DNA from: Lachnospiraceae bacterium
Lineage (GTDB): Bacteria > Bacillota > Clostridia > Lachnospirales > Lachnospiraceae
Assembly (NCBI GenBank): GCA_045124315.1
Contig: JBGVLO010000009.1
Location: 5,348 to 69,347, forward strand
Direction: 5' to 3'
DNA length: 64,000 nucleotides
How positions within the stretch are numbered: the stretch's first letter is position 1; every line of letters starts with the position of its first letter. The position numbers and the translations under genes are program-made. Shown here piece after piece: positions 62,901-64,000 of this stretch. The notes under the pieces were generated by a model, which worked only from the letters and a program-made list of their open reading frames with translations, searched no databases and was not told where the DNA came from.

Positions 62901-64000
62901 TCGTTTTTGTAATTACCAAGTCCGCCTCGATAATGATAATATGCAGAACCAAGAGCAATTCCTTCGTGAGTATACTTCGTTCCATAAAGGTCTGAGTAAC
63001 CGTAGATTGAAGTACACCATTCTTCAGATTCGGCTCGACCGACTACCTGTCCTGTTCCTCCGGAAAGAATGATTCCGTTAACATCAAATCCATAGTTGTT
63101 AAATATCTGCTTTGTTCTGACAAATATAGAAAACATGGTATTATAATCAGAGAAGCCCTCTTCTGTTAATACCAAACCATTATGTGCCATCAGCTCACTT
63201 CCTACCGTCATAAGTCGTTGCACAGACTGAAGTCTTGTCTCTGTTTGTCTTGATGAATTCTCCATAAAGGAATCAGGCATGGCAGCAATTACCAAAGGAA
63301 CTTTCTTTTCAGTAAAGATATCAGCTACAATATCTATACAAGGCCTTATGTCGTCATTGACAAATGTGATATAGCCTTTGTCAGGTTCCCGAAGCAGAGT
63401 TTGATTTGTCTTGTAGGATTCATAGTTTTCTTTCAGTTGTTTTTCAAAATTTTCCCTGTTAATCGTAAGTTTATCAAATTCTTCATTAGATACATTTAGT
63501 TCTTTTTGCAATGTAAATCCCTGATTATTATACATTGTGATGTGCATTTTTGTAGCATTTTCAGGAACCTCAATGATGACACCTTTTTTACTTGCACTCA
63601 TGGTGTTTGTGAGCATATCAGCAATTTTATTGTTAGCATCATCTAAAAATAACACGGGGGTGTACCATATATATGGTGTCTCAGTTGAATCAGTTTTTAT
63701 GCCTCCTACACCATATGTCTTAATAAAATATTTTTCGTCGGCTTTCACAGGAATGTAATCATCCGGGCCTGTCGCTCCCCAGGGTACTATAACATTGGTT
63801 TTAACTGTTTCACCATTTTCATCAGTAGATTCAACAGAACGATATTCGCGATTGTCATCTAAAAATCCTTCTCTTCGCCAGCCTTTATTTGCTGTAAATT
63901 TTGGAAAGATGAGTTTATATATGGTTGTGGTACCACTGTTATCCTTCTTTAAGTCATACACATTATTGTTGTTTTCATCATGTTGCACATATACCTCATT
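59942..64000 (-). CDS. Giant multidomain polysaccharide-active protein (two NodB-type deacetylase domains, parallel beta-helix region, 8-aa tandem repeats, C-terminal Ig-like domains); N-terminus outside the window
   Basis: The frame is open to the window edge. NodB-like blocks are ITFVNDDIRP... and VVTFTMDDAYKDAY.... A beta-helix repeat region reads NLNIKGTGAHGVIYAG...NIIEDIGG...NIIKNVYDVGF, and the repeats read QPDIVATE. Confidence 0.8.
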   Translation of the reverse strand, partial: NEVYVQHDENNNNVYDLKKDNSGTTTIYKLIFPKFTANKGWRREGFLDDNREYRSVESTDENGETVKTNVIVPWGATGPDDYIPVKADEKYFIKTYGVGGIKTDSTETPYIWYTPVLFLDDANNKIADMLTNTMSASKKGVIIEVPENATKMHITMYNNQGFTLQKELNVSNEEFDKLTINRENFEKQLKENYESYKTNQTLLREPDKGYITFVNDDIRPCIDIVADIFTEKKVPLVIAAMPDSFMENSSRQTETRLQSVQRLMTVGSELMAHNGLVLTEEGFSDYNTMFSIFVRTKQIFNNYGFDVNGIILSGGTGQVVGRAESEEWCTSIYGYSDLYGTKYTHEGIALGSAYYHYRGGLGNYKNDMEKMKAAIDDTIANKNWSVFYFHDFSEISEENLKELIDYAKSKSSDELEIVTYKQIYDKLAVREQDRIKEIKNGNGVVTFTMDDAYKDAYTIVKDKFDKYGFKGSVAVRKDYVQKGTAGNASYLSESEIKELYDSGWEIIPHGLDSGINQKGQSLFIMPSEEGHISHSGFTLEQELVEGKSYVESIIGRGNVKGFAIPNLSTRSEYIPIMKKWYKYALGTCDEENDFVNDRIQIRTLLPISNQPDNEAETLFNKMKSEIDEAIYLGKKINIYFHLTDTFTKQINWSNYDCNEQALDKILAYVYEKQKEGVLDVKLPCETYCDDTPLPEVKSTVYYVSADGTGDGLSEKTPMSYEDANKKKFLSGDIILFKKGDTFYGSFNPYIMKANDKVTTISAYGEGPLPVISGYKIADNIKSWELYSDGIYKIDLTNTDNFNGMKTTDANSVNIGFMEDKNGVKYYNKKDALTSLIEENDFYCDTQYLYVKSAQNPYSKLGSLKLATKTNLVSLSSNLKLSNLNIKGTGAHGVIYAGTDIDNAIISDNIIEDIGGSYLNGTTRYGNGIEFYGTNASNITVERNIIKNVYDVGFTMQGTAGSGKDVEVKHNLFVANTQDSEIWESGSATGINGYQFSENVSVNQGRGWGYEARPDKYVSAHILFWGYVIENTDIYFHNNFVYNPIRIYFIEQTNKTNIFFKEQNLIKSDYNTYYMNNSATIFRDSYKIGEKDTFIAEYKDKDTHSTFNLLEDLNGDDNRYEDPIVKSALSATEVYDVFKLFGVTVDRQPELVLDPEPVATDQPDIVATEQPDIIATEQPDIVATKQPESVATEQSYAAKPTEDETPNDLAERITTTTTIKKRKGAGNYEVIIYVKDGDKVIKKSVEKFCIYNKLKAKSLITSEASSKAKVGNKIKLTAKATGGGGSYQYKFAYKYKTGKYKIISKYGTKPYTYWVPNKAGTYTLRVTVYDKITKKNATYTKKYDTRVKRSEPT
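59947..59978. repeat. Right copy of the 32-nt inverted repeat, inside the last 12 codons of the giant gene
   Basis: TGGGTTCAGACCTTTTGACCCTGGTATCATAT encodes ...KYDTRVKRSEPT on the minus strand. Confidence 0.85.
60423..60542 (-). repeat. Five tandem 24-nt coding repeats (ATEQPDIV-type)
   Basis: Units start at 60423, 60447, 60471, 60495 and 60519. They translate to PVATDQPDIVATEQPDIIATEQPDIVATKQPESVATEQ. Confidence 0.85.

Overview
This 64-kb chromosomal window comes from a low-GC Gram-positive anaerobe. I infer Clostridia, probably Lachnospiraceae-like, only from the protein repertoire and gene style; no rRNA or tRNA gene is present to confirm it. All family assignments below come from reading motifs against remembered family consensus, not from database searches.

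Gene content, left to right:
- An orphan ABC ATPase and decayed genes (AAA-ATPase/PD-(D/E)XK, arsC).
- A cobalamin-riboswitch-controlled ECF importer operon flanked by two DUF4430 (transcobalamin-like) surface proteins.
- ahpC plus a domain-permuted ahpF.
- A small graveyard of gene fragments.
- A GNAT gene behind a perfect promoter with a palindromic operator.
- csoR-copA.
- A cobalamin locus where the corrin-ring genes survive only as deletion scars and chimeric ORFs (sirC, cbiH, cbiE/cbiA, cbiP, cbiC, cbiM). The nucleotide-loop and salvage genes (cobU, cobS, cbiB, cobD, cobT, cobC) are intact.
- A second cobalamin riboswitch.
- A PEP/pyruvate-binding protein and metY.
- Two tandem ECF sigma/anti-sigma pairs.
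- A blaI gene with a BlaR1-type M56 sensor whose extracellular domain is an LCP (LytR-CpsA-Psr) domain.
- A transglutaminase-like secreted protein and a BspA-type LRR surface protein.
- An FtsX-type ABC exporter with its two-component system.
- A yjdF-family gene with a structured leader.
- A PHP phosphatase, a GH13 alpha-glucosidase with a LacI regulator, a soluble MCP with a CZB domain, and tcdA.
- A broken rubredoxin/glutamate-synthase-like gene, sortase B and an HMGL-like aldolase.
- The 3-prime 4 kb of a giant polysaccharide-deacetylase/beta-helix protein.

Most interesting observations:
1. The riboswitch-gated ECF importer with transcobalamin-like capture proteins.
2. The salvage-only cob locus, full of in-frame deletion chimeras.
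3. A palindromic intergenic repeat family with compensatory substitutions.
4. The M56-LCP sensor.
5. A 32-nt inverted repeat pair bracketing 6.7 kb. One copy lies inside the 3-prime end of the giant gene, next to a recombinase-HTH-like remnant.

I saw no CRISPR array, intact transposase, prophage or recognisable defence system.
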